This document shows, one piece after another, positions 1 through 10,800 of a stretch of DNA of 34,675 bases (its first letter is position 1; each line of letters opens with the position of its first letter). Below the pieces are notes generated by a model. That model ran no database searches and was not told the origin of the DNA. It worked only from the letters and a program-made list of their open reading frames with translations. Source of the DNA: Octopus bimaculoides (lineage: Eukaryota); contig NC_068986.1 of NCBI RefSeq assembly GCF_001194135.2, positions 21,855,296 through 21,889,970 on the forward strand, given 5' to 3'. The position numbers and the translations under genes are program-made.

Positions 1-1348
1 TATATATATATATATATATATATGTTAAGGTTGTTAAAAAAATTAATGACAGCAAAAGTTTTGCTGATGAAAGGACTCAATACTCGTAGTAGAGTCTAAT
101 TTATATGTAAAATAATATTACACACATACACTCACATATGTGTGTGTTTGTGTGTGTGTGTGGAGAGTTAGTTTCCCCAAGGTTGTGTATAGAACTGGTC
201 ATTAACAAATTAGTGTTTATAGATTTGTATTATATATATATATATAAGAACGAAGTGTGTATGTAAGCATACACACACACACACGTACATTGTGTGTTTA
301 AATCAGAGATGTGAACTACGTTAGGTGCAAACAGAAATATTGTATTGGTATTTATTCACGACTGAGTTACTTCCCCTCATCGGAAAGCCACTTTTTATTT
401 TCATATCTTGTGTGAATGATGAAATGAGTACCAGACAAAGTACAGGAGTTGATACAATAGTCTAAAACCTCAAAGGTGTCTGAACATGGCCCACAGTCCA
501 ACGAATGAAACCAACAAATATAGAATACAAGAAGATATATACAAGCTGCAGTGCCAGGATTAAGCCAGGAGCCAGAGTAGCATATGCAAGAAGCCCTGCA
601 TTTTCAGGTCCCCTACTGATAATTGCTTTGTCAGTATGTAATACTATATTGCCTTCAGCTTTTGTAACTTGATGTTTAAGGTTGATCCAATACATCTAAT
701 ATAATAATGAGCATAGTGATTTGATATATTTGTATGTGTGTGCGCGTGTGTGTATTTGTCCAAAATCACAGAGTAGGGGAAAGGGTAGTATAAGTGAAGA
801 GAGAGGAGAGGAAATAGTAATTCAGTGAAGTAGTGAGAGTAATAGCCCTGACTAAGAGACAGTGAGAGAAAGGAAGGGGTGATAGATAAATGACGACGGA
901 GGGGGTGAAAAAAAATCAGCGTTTCAACTCTGTGTGAGTATATGTGTGTATGTGAATGCTTTGCATGTGTGTGTGTGTGTGTGCAATGGAAGTGGGATGG
1001 TGAATATTCAATGCTGAAAAGAAAAATCAAACAGCATTTCAAGTCTGTGTGAGTATGTGTGTGTATATATGCGCATGTACAAGGGAAGTATGAGAACGTT
1101 TGTATCTGTGAATATTATGCACCATATTTTGTACCTTATTCATATATAAAACACTACCATTAGCTGTCATTTTTGACGGCAGAGGATCAGCTAGTTTTAA
1201 ATAAAATACTTGCAAGCTGTCAATTCCTATTTAATGATCCAGCATTTTCTCTATCATATACTACCTTCAGCTTTTGTGAATGATTGGTTGTTTAAAAACT
1301 TGAGCCAATGCTCAGAATACTTTCAAGATCCAATATATTTTGAATTAA

Positions 1349-1568
1349 CTCTTTAGCACTCAGATTATTTAGTCAAATGTTAAGCTTATTTATTCACATC
1401 GTTTTGAATTAATCAGGCATTATCTCGCAGCCTTAAGGTTTTGATGATGTGATTGTGTATTTTCGAATGATATTATAGGGTACATGTTGAGAGGACATAT
1501 CTGTCTGGTCCGAACATAAAATAGATACAATATTTGGGTTGGATATGGTCAGTTTAAATGCTAAAGGG
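1349..1568. mobile_element. piggyBac-like MITE
   Basis: TTAA|CTCTTTAGCA ... TGCTAAAGGG|TTAA: TIRs with TTAA target sites at 1345-1348 and 1569-1572. A degenerate partial copy is at about 22780-22937. Confidence 0.7.
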
Positions 1569-1720
1569 TTAAATAAATTACAACAACCAAATTGAAGAGC
1601 AACAATAAATAGGCTGATTTAATTTTTGTCAGTTTTTAATAAATAGACTTGTCATTCTGTTTCTCTATTTTAATGTGTTAAACTCATCATATAATAAATA
1701 ATTAGATGTAAATATTTTTC

Positions 1721-1952
1721 TGTTGCATCTTGGGAGGGTCATTGTGCAAATAATAAACACACACGCTGGTTATATTTCACTTCTTTATCATTTATTCGTC
1801 AATTGGTTAACTATTTAACCAATTAATTAATTGATTGATTGATTGATTGATTGACTGAATGATTAATCAAACAATTATTCATTCAGTCAATCAATCAAGC
1901 AGTTAGGTTTGTCAAAGTCCTTTCATTGCCATTAGCAACCTCATCAATGACA
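1721..1952. mobile_element. Truncated copy of the long-TIR MITE seen at 13331-13893
   Basis: TTGCATCTTGGGAGGGTCATT...AATTGGTTAACTATTTAACCAAT matches the TIR of 13331-13893; also shares ACCTCATCAATGACA and the (ATTG)n tract. Confidence 0.65.
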
Positions 1953-2574
1953 TGCCGTCTGTGCTTCAAGTCTGCTTCAGGTCTTATAAATTAAATAGGC
2001 TGAACAAATTAAATTATTGCTAAATATGATAGTTGCCATAATACTAACCACCTTCATTAAATTAAATCCAGATTTTTAAACAGATAAAGAATATTTTGTG
2101 TACAGCTTTCTACATTAACTATAAGCTGTTAAATAAAACTATGAAATTAAATAAGTTTAAATCATTATAGACCACATAAACAATTTATATTTTAAGGTTG
2201 GGTATTAGGCAAGAATATTTAACTTGTACATCTTAATCTTAAACAATCAATAATTAAAATTCAATAAAATAGCTAAACTTGTAATATATGCTAAAGGCTC
2301 TGCCCTAGCTTAATCCAACCCTACAGGCTGTAAACCTTTTATGTAGCTATAGGCATGAAAATAAAATATTTGCAGAACACAGACAAGAAAAGTGACTCAA
2401 AATCTTCACCCAAATATAATTACGAATGTCTGTGGCTGATGAAAGAGATTTTGCAAATTATTTGAATAAAATTTGAAATTTTTCTAAATGTAAATGATGA
2501 AAATAAGTCATATATTCAAATATTTAACATAAAACTAATGTGTACAAAAGCTGTAATTATACATACTGACTTCT

Positions 2575-3120
2575 NNNNNNNNNNNNNNNNNNNNNNNNNN
2601 NNNNNNNNNNNNNNNNNNNNNNNNNNNNNNNNNNNNNNNNNNNNNNNNNNNNNNNNNNNNNNNNNNNNNNNNNNNNNNNNNNNNNNNNNNNNNNNNNNNN
2701 NNNNNNNNNNNNNNNNNNNNNNNNNNNNNNNNNNNNNNNNNNNNNNNNNNNNNNNNNNNNNNNNNNNNNNNNNNNNNNNNNNNNNNNNNNNNNNNNNNNN
2801 NNNNNNNNNNNNNNNNNNNNNNNNNNNNNNNNNNNNNNNNNNNNNNNNNNNNNNNNNNNNNNNNNNNNNNNNNNNNNNNNNNNNNNNNNNNNNNNNNNNN
2901 NNNNNNNNNNNNNNNNNNNNNNNNNNNNNNNNNNNNNNNNNNNNNNNNNNNNNNNNNNNNNNNNNNNNNNNNNNNNNNNNNNNNNNNNNNNNNNNNNNNN
3001 NNNNNNNNNNNNNNNNNNNNNNNNNNNNNNNNNNNNNNNNNNNNNNNNNNNNNNNNNNNNNNNNNNNNNNNNNNNNNNNNNNNNNNNNNNNNNNNNNNNN
3101 NNNNNNNNNNNNNNNNNNNN
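2575..3120. other. Assembly gap (N run); further gaps at 3853-3968 and 25293-25418
   Basis: N runs, each abutting (TA)n and/or (CA)n microsatellites. Confidence 0.99.
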
Positions 3121-3153
<33 letters not shown>

Positions 3154-3287
3154 TATATATATATGTTTCTTATTTCTTTTACAGAAGCAATGAGAGAAGG
3201 TGTGAAAAAATGATATAAGAGATAACCATGGTGCTACTGTAAATCCTGTGTGAGTACAGAACTGCAATGGCGCTTACACAAACTGCT

Positions 3288-3428
3288 TTATTTATTCAAA
3301 ATATTGTACATGTTTTCGATCTGTAAGTGAAAATATTTGGCGACGTCTTGTCGTTTCATCTTCATAGTAGGCGTTAACAGTCCATTTTCAATGGTCATCA
3401 ACTCTGAGTGGAGATGTAAAGATTTCAC
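3288..3428 (-). CDS. ACSL1: ACSL last coding exon, 141 nt: VKSLHLHSELMTIENGLLTPTMKMKRQDVAKYFHLQIENMYNILNK*
   Basis: Acceptor tgttttgcag; motif NGLLTPTMKxKR; stop TAA at 3290-3288. Confidence 0.95.
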   Translation of the reverse strand: MKSLHLHSELMTIENGLLTPTMKMKRQDVAKYFHLQIENMYNILNK

Positions 3429-3635
3429 CTGCAAAACAGAAACAGGATGATCAGAGGAACACCTTTAAAATTTTGAAAACGCAATTGAAAAATATATAGA
3501 CATGACTATATAAGATAATAAGTAAAGATAACCATTTTTGTTACCACATATCTTTTGAAATAGATTATTTTCTACTATTATTTTCAGCTAGAGGCTGTGG
3601 CCATACTGGGATACCACCATTAGTGTTAATGCTGT

Positions 3636-3968
3636 TATTCTTTTATTTGTTTCAGTCATTTGACTGGCCATCCTGGAGCACCGCCTTTAGTCGAGCAAAT
3701 CGACCTCAGGACTTATTCTTTCTAAGCCTAGTACTTATTCTATCAGTCTATTTTACCGAACTGCTAAGTTGCAGGGACATAAACACACCAGCATTGGTTA
3801 TCAAGCGATAGTGGGGGCCAACCACAGCCACACGAACACACACACACACACANNNNNNNNNNNNNNNNNNNNNNNNNNNNNNNNNNNNNNNNNNNNNNNN
3901 NNNNNNNNNNNNNNNNNNNNNNNNNNNNNNNNNNNNNNNNNNNNNNNNNNNNNNNNNNNNNNNNNNNN

Positions 3969-4011
<43 letters not shown>

Positions 4012-4166
4012 ATGGGCTTCTTTCAGTTTCCGTCTACCAAATCCACTCACAAGGTATTGGTCGGCCTGAGGCTATAGAAGACACTTGCCCAAGGTGCCAT
4101 GCAGTGGGACTGAACCCGGAACCATGTGATTGGTAAGCAAGCTAATTACCACACAGCCACTCCTGC
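3636..4166 (-). mobile_element. tRNA-derived CORE-type SINE with internal (CA)/(TA) microsatellite; the assembly gap falls inside it
   Basis: Minus strand reads GGCTGTGTGGTAA (A box) ... GGGTTCAGTCCC (B box), then CORE-like GGCACCTTGGGCAAGTGTCTTCT. Same family at about 7408-7562(+), 16085-16198(-), 18985-19135(+), 19160-19338(-), 19935-20279(-), 21005-21170(-), 28030-28190(-), 28705-29107(+) and 33035-33310(-). Confidence 0.8.
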
Positions 4167-4762
4167 TTATTTTAGACTCAATTCCTGCCCTTGTTTCTGG
4201 AATCTATCCTGATGAAATACTGAGTTGAACAGATTTGATCTTCTTTGCATTTCTTACTGTCATCTGTGTTCATCTGATGTGTCAGATGAACGTTTGTCTA
4301 ATCGTTCTTTGAACACATCCACCTCTTACACCTCACAGATGTCTGAAGCCTATTGGCAAGGTACTGAAAATTCGTGGGCTTTTGAACTCTAAGCCATAAC
4401 AATATTGGGTCCTTACTTTGGATGGGTCTTTGGTCTTGAGATCTTTGGTACTTTGCACAGATGCCCAACTCAGTGATGGATATAGCTTTCAGTCCCAATT
4501 TTAATTAATTTTGAAAATAAGGAATTTATCAAAATAACTTTTGGCATTATTAATCTGGTGTTTGGAAGGATTTCATTCAGATTATCTTAAAACAGGAAGT
4601 TTGTATCATAGAACTAAGGAGTGTTTCAGGCAGGGTGTGATAAAAAAAATTGGAAAGGTAAAAAAAATTCAAATATCAATTTCAAAATAAACGAATTGAA
4701 ATACCTTTTTTCCAATTATATATTATTTAAATGTATAACTTTTAAAGACATTTAAATATATG

Positions 4763-5775
4763 GAATGAAGAGCAAGGGCCGTTCTTCAGTTATTTATTTA
4801 AAGCTGTATATGGCTATGATGCAGCCACACTTGGAACCCTATCTTGCTCCTCGGGACACTGACCTCCTGGAAACTGTTCGGAGATGTGCAACCAAGCAAA
4901 TACCCTCCATCAGGCATCTACCATACTCTGAATACCTTGCTTCCCTGGGCAGAGATACATCAAAACACCCACAAAATTATTAACCATCGCGCCAACAACC
5001 ACCTTGAGCACCTTTTTGAGCTCCATGTGTCTAACACATGTGGGCATACCTACAAAGTCAGAAAACAGCACAGCTCCCATGACTTTTGGAAATGTTTTTT
5101 CACACTCAGAGTTGCTGAAGCATGGAACAAACTACCTGCATCAATTGTTAGTTGCTGAGACACTGCATCTTTTAAAACCTCCATGCTTCCTGAAATTTAC
5201 CAACACTACACCTGATACCCCACCCTCCATACATTGTTGTTGGCACTCCGTCGTTTACGACGTCGAGGGTTCCAGTTGATCCGATCAACGGAACAGCCTG
5301 CTCGTGAAATTAACGTGCAAGTGGCTGAGCACTCCACAGACACGTGTACCCTTAACGTAGTTCTCGGGGATATTCAGCGTGACACAGTGTGACAAGGCTG
5401 ACCCTTTGAATTACAGGCACAACAGAAACAGGAAATAAGATTAAGAGAAAGTTGTGGTGAAAGAGTACAGCAGGGTTCGCCACCATCCCCTGCTGGAGCC
5501 TCGTGGAGCTTTTAGGTGTTTTCGCTCAATAAACACTCACAATGCCCGGTCTGGGAATCGAAACCGCAATCCTATGACCGCGAGTCCGCTGCCCTAACCA
5601 CTGGACTATTGCGCCTCCACTACCCTCCATACATATGCACACATGTATATCATGACTCCTACACTATTCACTTTCCTGACTTTTGTACATAATTCTATGT
5701 ACCGTACATGTACCTTCGATGAGCTGTAGGACACCTGAGCCCTATACACAATAATTTCATTATTGTTATTTTTTT
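4763..5775 (+). mobile_element. 5'-truncated CR1/L2-type LINE 3' end, interrupted by a SINE at 5235-5621
   Basis: Frameshifted translation LYxAMMQPHLE, DLLETVRRCATKQIPSIRHLPYSE, SNTCGHTYKVRKQ, FFTLRVAEAWNKLP is typical of the CR1/L2 ORF2 C-terminus; TTA-rich tail near 5760-5775. Confidence 0.8.
5235..5621 (-). mobile_element. Full-length tRNA-derived SINE with a 13-bp target-site duplication
   Basis: Head GGAGGCGCAATAGTCCAGTGGTTAGG...GGTTTCGATTCCC (A/B boxes), (ACA)n tail, TSD ACCCTCCATACAT at 5222-5234 and 5622-5634. An older related copy is at about 6715-6975. Confidence 0.88.
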
Positions 5776-5809
5776 AATTACAGTAATATAAAAAACAAAT
5801 AACGCATAA

Positions 5810-6024
5810 TTGTTTCAAATTCTGACACAAGACCAACAATTTTGGGGGAAGCAGGAGAGACAATTCCTTGGACTAAAGTGCTCGACTGATACTTATTTAA
5901 TTGACCCTGAAAGAATGAAAGGTAAGGTCAACCTTGGTAGAATTTTAATTCATAACATACAGTGCCAGAATCAATACCACTAAACATTTTGTCTGGCATG
6001 CTAACGATTCAGCTTGCTGCCTTA
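5810..6024 (-). mobile_element. tRNA-derived SINE with a Deu/Nin-like central domain
   Basis: Family consensus GAGTTCAAATT...TTTGCCTTTCATCCTTTCGG...AAATAAGTACCAG is clearest at 28201-28423 and 25810-26011; degenerate copies at about 32460-32575 and 34340-34430. Deu-domain assignment is from recall. Confidence 0.65.
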
Positions 6025-6056
6025 CCAATTATAGATAATAATAGTTTCAAACTTAC

Positions 6057-6128
6057 CTGTTCAAATGAATTCAAATTACCCTCTTTGCCAAGCTTAACAA
6101 TATCATCTAATATGTCTTTCTTTAATCT
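6057..6128 (-). CDS. ACSL1: ACSL exon, 72 nt: RLKKDILDDIVKLGKEGNLNSFEQ
   Basis: Acceptor gttattccag, donor gtaagt, phase 0/0; motif LxSFEQ. Confidence 0.94.
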
Positions 6129-6349
6129 CTGGAATAACACAAAGTACAATTATAAACAAATATGCAGACTGAAATTAAAATTACTATTTTCATTTAAGGA
6201 TAAGTAAACTGACAAAATATTCAAATCAAGATTTCCATTGGCAAAGTTCATAAACCTATTTCTTTCTATATTTCTGTTGAAATACACAGCCTTCAGTTCG
6301 GTTAATAATGGTTTCAAATTTTGGCACAAGGCTTGCAATTTTGAGGCCA

Positions 6350-6540
6350 TGTAAAAGCACCCACTACACTCTCGGAGTGGTTGGCATTAGGAATCCAGCT
6401 GTAGAAACTCTGCCAGATCAGATTGGAGCCTGGTACAGCCATTTGGTTCGCCAGTTCTCAGTCAAATCGTCCAACCCATGCTAGCATGGAAAGTGGACGT
6501 TAAACGATGATGATGATGATGATGATGATATCATCATCAT
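6350..6540 (+). mobile_element. RTE-LINE 3'-UTR/tail fragment ending in (GAT)n
   Basis: AAAAGCACCCACTACACTCTCGGAGTGGTTGG...CCAACCCATGCTAGCATGGAAAG...(GAT)n. Recurs at about 13080-13285, 14165-14480, 15520-15680, 16210-16470, 20280-20490 and 29660-29865 (+), and 6530-6690, 27240-27400 and 30235-30650 (-). Confidence 0.8.
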
Positions 6541-7142
6541 TGTTGTTTAACATCTGCCTTCGATGCTGGCATGGGTGGGATGGTTTGACAGGAGCTGGCC
6601 AGGCAGAAGCCTGCCCCAGACTTCTGTGACTGTTTTGGCAGGATTTTTACAGCTGGATGCCCTTCCTATCACCAACCACTCAGCAGTTATATACATATAA
6701 CTGTCACTGCCTTGGTTACAACAACAAGGGTTCCAGTTGATTTAATCAACAAAACAGCCTGCTCATGTAATTAACTCCACAGACACACAGGCATTAAATT
6801 CAGCATGACACAGAATATGATAAGACTGGCCCAGTGAATTACAGGTACAACTCATTTTTGCCAGCTGAGTGGACTGGAGCCACGTGAAATAAAGTGTCTT
6901 GCTCAAGAATACAATGTGACACCAACAATTGAACTTGTGACCTTACAATCACAAGCTTAATATGCCAACCACTAAGACACACACACACACACACATATAT
7001 ATATACATACATACACACATATATACAGGCAGGCAGATAGGTTGAGATACAGAAGAGAACTTCTACCAGTGACTTTATGATATGAGGTAAAATTAGGTTT
7101 AGATCTGAGGTTTAGATTAAAACAAATACAAAATCATCTTAC

Positions 7143-7250
7143 AGGGTCTTGAGCCATCTGTGCTAGGGAACAATTCTCTAAGCCATATTCTTGGGCAGCA
7201 TATTTGGAGAGGACTTCTTCATCGGGAACACAAATTCCAACTAAACAAGA
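7143..7250 (-). CDS. ACSL1: ACSL exon, 108 nt: SCLVGICVPDEEVLSKYAAQEYGLENCSLAQMAQDP
   Basis: Acceptor atgtatcag, donor gtaaga, phase 0/0; motif LVGIxVPD. Confidence 0.92.
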
Positions 7251-8362
7251 CTGATACATAAAACAAAATTTTGAATTAGCAAACATTATTTCAACTATTC
7301 CAGTTATTATAAGAATTTATGGGTATAACAGGAAACAGACGGTAATCAACCAATATTTAAAGAGAGTCTTTAATATGGACAAAAATATTTTTGAAGATCA
7401 TGTTATTATGGCTGGGTGGTTAAGAAGTCCAGCCCCCAACCACATGGTTTTGGGTTTAGTTCCACTGCAAGGCACTTTGACAAATGTCTTCTAATTATAG
7501 CACCAGGTTGACCAAAGCCTTGTGAGTGGACTTAGTAAGTGGAAACTGAAAGAAGCTCATCATTTATACATGGACACATATGTATATATGCCTATATATC
7601 TATATATTATTTATATTATTATATGACTGAACGCCACGCATCCATTTCCAAGTAAGTTTAATCTTAATAATTTCGATGCAACACTTATCCTATCTCTTTC
7701 TCTTTCCCTCTCCTCTGTCATTTCCTCTCTCTTCCTTTCTCTAATTCTTTTTATCTCCCCTTCTCCCCCTTTCATTTTTTTCTCTCTCATCCTTTCTCTA
7801 ATTCTTTTTCTCTCCTCTTCGTCATTCACTGTCTGTCCCTCTCTCTCCCTCACTCTTCCGCCTTTGCTCTCTTATTGCTTGCATGAGACCATCAGCCATC
7901 TTTCTTTTCTTAACTTGAATTGCTTTCTTTCTTTCCTTCTTTCTTTCTGATCAGCCGCAAGGATAAGACGCATTCTTGTCTGTCTCCTGCCAAAGCTTGT
8001 TCCTCTGCGTTCAGCAACTCAACTTGTTCAGGCTTAGTGGCCCTTCCTGTTTGTTTTCAGACATGTCTTAGACAGGTTAGTATGAAAAGGGTTAAAAGTT
8101 TAACTAACTGCTGGTTGCAGAATGTTATAACTAATTTAGTACATGGTGCAGAAGAAAAGAAGGGGGAGGCAGCAGATGCTAATTTGGGGGTAGAATACCT
8201 GGATTCCTTGTTAATAAACACCAATAAAGCAAATCAATGAAATACTTAGAGAGCAAAAATTAATGTCCATCAGAAACTTAAAGCATATTACGATCAAGCT
8301 AACCAGAAGCTAGAAATAAACATCAATGACAAATATTACATAAAAGGGAAATCCCAACTTAC

Positions 8363-8452
8363 TTGCAAACTATCTCCATGTACAAATATCTGGGCAACAA
8401 AACGACTACGAATGTAAATGTTTTCAATTTTTTCAGGAGCTATATATTCTCC
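8363..8452 (-). CDS. ACSL1: ACSL exon, 90 nt: GEYIAPEKIENIYIRSRFVAQIFVHGDSLQ
   Basis: Acceptor tctcaacag, donor gtaagt, phase 0/0; motif GEYIAPEKIE. Confidence 0.96.
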
Positions 8453-8706
8453 CTGTTGAGATAAAAGATTAATTAAAAAATTACAATATATCCCATGTTA
8501 AAATTAAAAATATAGAGGAAAATTAAAATAATGAAAAAAATTGAAGCAGTATTAAAAAACGATTTAATTATATTTATTTTTGCATAAAAGTAGCATAAGA
8601 TTCCTGTGTCACAAAAACCAGTTTTTCTTTTAAGATTAAATATATTTATAAACCCTAACAGCTACAAATCTTAAAAAAAATAATACTGCTTACACATAAG
8701 TATATA

Positions 8707-8923
8707 CGAGTGGGTGCTGAAAGGCTCCTTGTTCTAAGGGTATCGCAAAAGGCTTAGTTGGAGGACCAATCTTCCAAGTTCCTTTACAGGGCTTAGAAAA
8801 ACTGAAGGATCACTGCAAACAGTGTGTGAACCTGAGAGGGGAATATGTTGGCTAAAATCATAATTAACTGATCCACCTGTATTTTCTTTCACCCAAAGCC
8901 AGGAATTATTCAGCACTCATTCG
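8707..8923 (+). mobile_element. Internally deleted mariner element
   Basis: TA|CGAGTGGGTGCTGAAAGG ... AAAGCCAGGAATTATTCAGCACTCATTCG|TA TIRs; internal frame LQGLEKLKDHCKQCVNLRGEYVG* resembles a mariner transposase C-terminus. Confidence 0.8.
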
Positions 8924-9022
8924 TATATCTAATGTTTACACAGCTATATTTATACAACTCAAAAAAAAAAACACTATCAAAAGTCAGTACACCTAAATTT
9001 ACTTCTTTGAACTTATTTACTC

Positions 9023-9228
9023 TAAATGCAGTGACATTTCACATTATGTTCAAGTGGTAACACTTTATGTATAGAAACATGGAAAGGGACAAAAAGGCAG
9101 AAGGTGTGTTGTGATGCTGTAAAACTAAAGTAACCCACTTGGACATTACTGTCTTTGAGTCCTAGGATTTGTAGGTCCAGTTTACTGGTTTCTATGGCAA
9201 TTAAGAAACTGAAATCACAACATTCCCT
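9023..9228 (-). ncRNA. Candidate intronic structured RNA, copy 1 (U17/SNORA73 5'-domain-like); identity unproven
   Basis: Direct repeat of 9788-9994. Outer stem ATAGAAAC/GTTTCTAT and small hairpins CCAG/CTGG, CCTA/TAGG, AAGT/ACTT are kept between copies while the loops differ. Confidence 0.35.
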
Positions 9229-9787
9229 TATAAAATTTTATAAATCTTTTTTGATGGCATAAAAGACATACAGGCAACTTAGATGCACCACAATTTCAGT
9301 AGTGCATATTCAAGAAATAAAAAAAAAGTTTTAGCACATTAATGCATGCCATGTAGGCCCAACTTTGTATACAGGGCCTAGGGTGACATTCTTTGAAACG
9401 AAGTGCATCTTTTATGCCATCAAATACAGTATTTAATGCACTTGGCCCTCCACTCGTCATTACTTGAGTGCAGGTCTGCTGCAAGATCTCAAACTGAGCA
9501 GTTTACCCAATCCTTTCTCTTCAGTACACCAGATGCCATGTGTTTTTACCATCGACAAATCTACCACAATTCAATCTAAACATCAGCTCACAACCCTCAT
9601 ACAGTTCTCTTTGCATAAAAGTCTAAGAACAAAAGACATAGGAGATGTCTCTTGTACAAACTACAAACACTCTTTAATAAAAGCGAAATATAACCATGTC
9701 TGCTAAATAGAAAAATGTGAGTAGTATTTTTTTTATATACTTTTGCTTTAGAATACTCTTCCAAAGTTATCTCACATTTCATGTGTT

Positions 9788-9994
9788 TAAATGCAGTGAC
9801 ATTTCACATTATGTACAAATGGTCACACTTTATGCATAGAAAAATGGAAAGGGACAAAGAGGTAGAAGGCATGTTCAGATCCTCTAAAAGTAAAGTAACC
9901 TACTTGGACATTACTATGTTTCAGTCCTAGGATTTGTAGGGCCAGTTACCTGGTTTTCTATGGCAAGTAAGAGACTGAAATCATAACATTCCCT
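9788..9994 (-). ncRNA. Candidate intronic structured RNA, copy 2
   Basis: Alignable by eye over about 206 nt with 9023-9228 (roughly 80-85% identity, estimated); flanks are unrelated. Confidence 0.33.
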
Positions 9995-10216
9995 CTGAAT
10001 GAGATGCCAGTCATTAATTAACCATGCTCTTGCCATTATAAATTCATTAAGAAATGGTGGTGGACTAATTTTAACTCATAAAACAAATTATTTCTTTCCA
10101 TGGAGACAAAGAAGTAAGCACCATTAAAACAGAAAGTTTAATTAAATATACAAAATTTAAAACTCCCATGTAAATTTTTTGAATAAAAAAAAATACGGTG
10201 CATAAAGAAGCATTAC

Positions 10217-10270
10217 CTGTGATAGCTTAAAAATGTTTTTCTTTCTGTCAATGATTTTCAAAGTTCCATT
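10217..10270 (-). CDS. ACSL1: ACSL exon, 54 nt: NGTLKIIDRKKNIFKLSQ
   Basis: Acceptor aatttccag, donor gtaatg, phase 0/0. Confidence 0.96.
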
Positions 10271-10334
10271 CTGGAAATTAAGTGAAAATTGTTAAAGGAA
10301 CAGCAAAACTTAGAAAATATAACTTGAGAATTAA

Positions 10335-10800
10335 TAACTTCAAAACTGGCATTTAAGATATTCAATGATCCTAATGATTCATTTTTGTCCACCATTCTTG
10401 TACATCTCTCACATATCAAGCCTACCTTCTCCATCAACCTTGCTTATGATCCTACTTTATCTCCTGTATGTTTATAGTTCACAATTTATGAAATTCCTAC
10501 ATACTTACCTACCGCTCATATGCATATTGAGCAACGTCACTTTGCCAATAGCAGTAGGGCCCTGTCTTCTTCCCAACTAAAAGTTTAGTCTTAGCTAGGT
10601 TAACCATAAGGCCTCTTAATTCTAGGTTTTGCTTCAAGTTTGGAATTTCCTCTTCAAATCTTTGGTAGATTCAGCTAAAAGGAAGGACTGTGTCATCAGC
10701 ATACAGAAACTCCCACCGTTATGGCAAGGGGGACTATAATGAATATAACAGGGTTGAGGACTGAGCTCTGATGTACACCTAATAGCTCATTGAATTCAGT
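10335..10800 (-). mobile_element. Degenerate RTE LINE reverse-transcriptase fragment
   Basis: Minus-strand GVHQSSVLNPVIFIIV (cf. GVHQGSVLSPLLF), LYADDT at 10706-10691, then LELRGLMVNLAKTK; stops and frameshifts present. Confidence 0.8.

Noticed and set aside
64-100. CTGATGA followed by a GACTC/GAGTC stem (hammerhead-like); also CTGATGA near 2437, 4209 and 11970
   Set aside because: The required GAAA core and stems I/III are missing.
2538-4077. Long track ORFs spanning X runs
   Set aside because: Artefacts of N gaps and (TA)/(CA) repeats.
5540-5621. tRNA gene look-alike
   Set aside because: It is the tRNA-derived head of a SINE with body, tail and TSD, and has no complete cloverleaf.
7611-7853. 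Charged RE/RK-rich ORF
   Set aside because: Translation of a (CT)-rich simple repeat.
8061-8075. Plus-strand 15-nt micro-exon look-alike (ttgttttcag|...CAG|gttagt), and a 42-nt one at 12104-12145
   Set aside because: No chain of plus-strand exons or recognisable protein; such splice-like motifs arise by chance in T-rich DNA.
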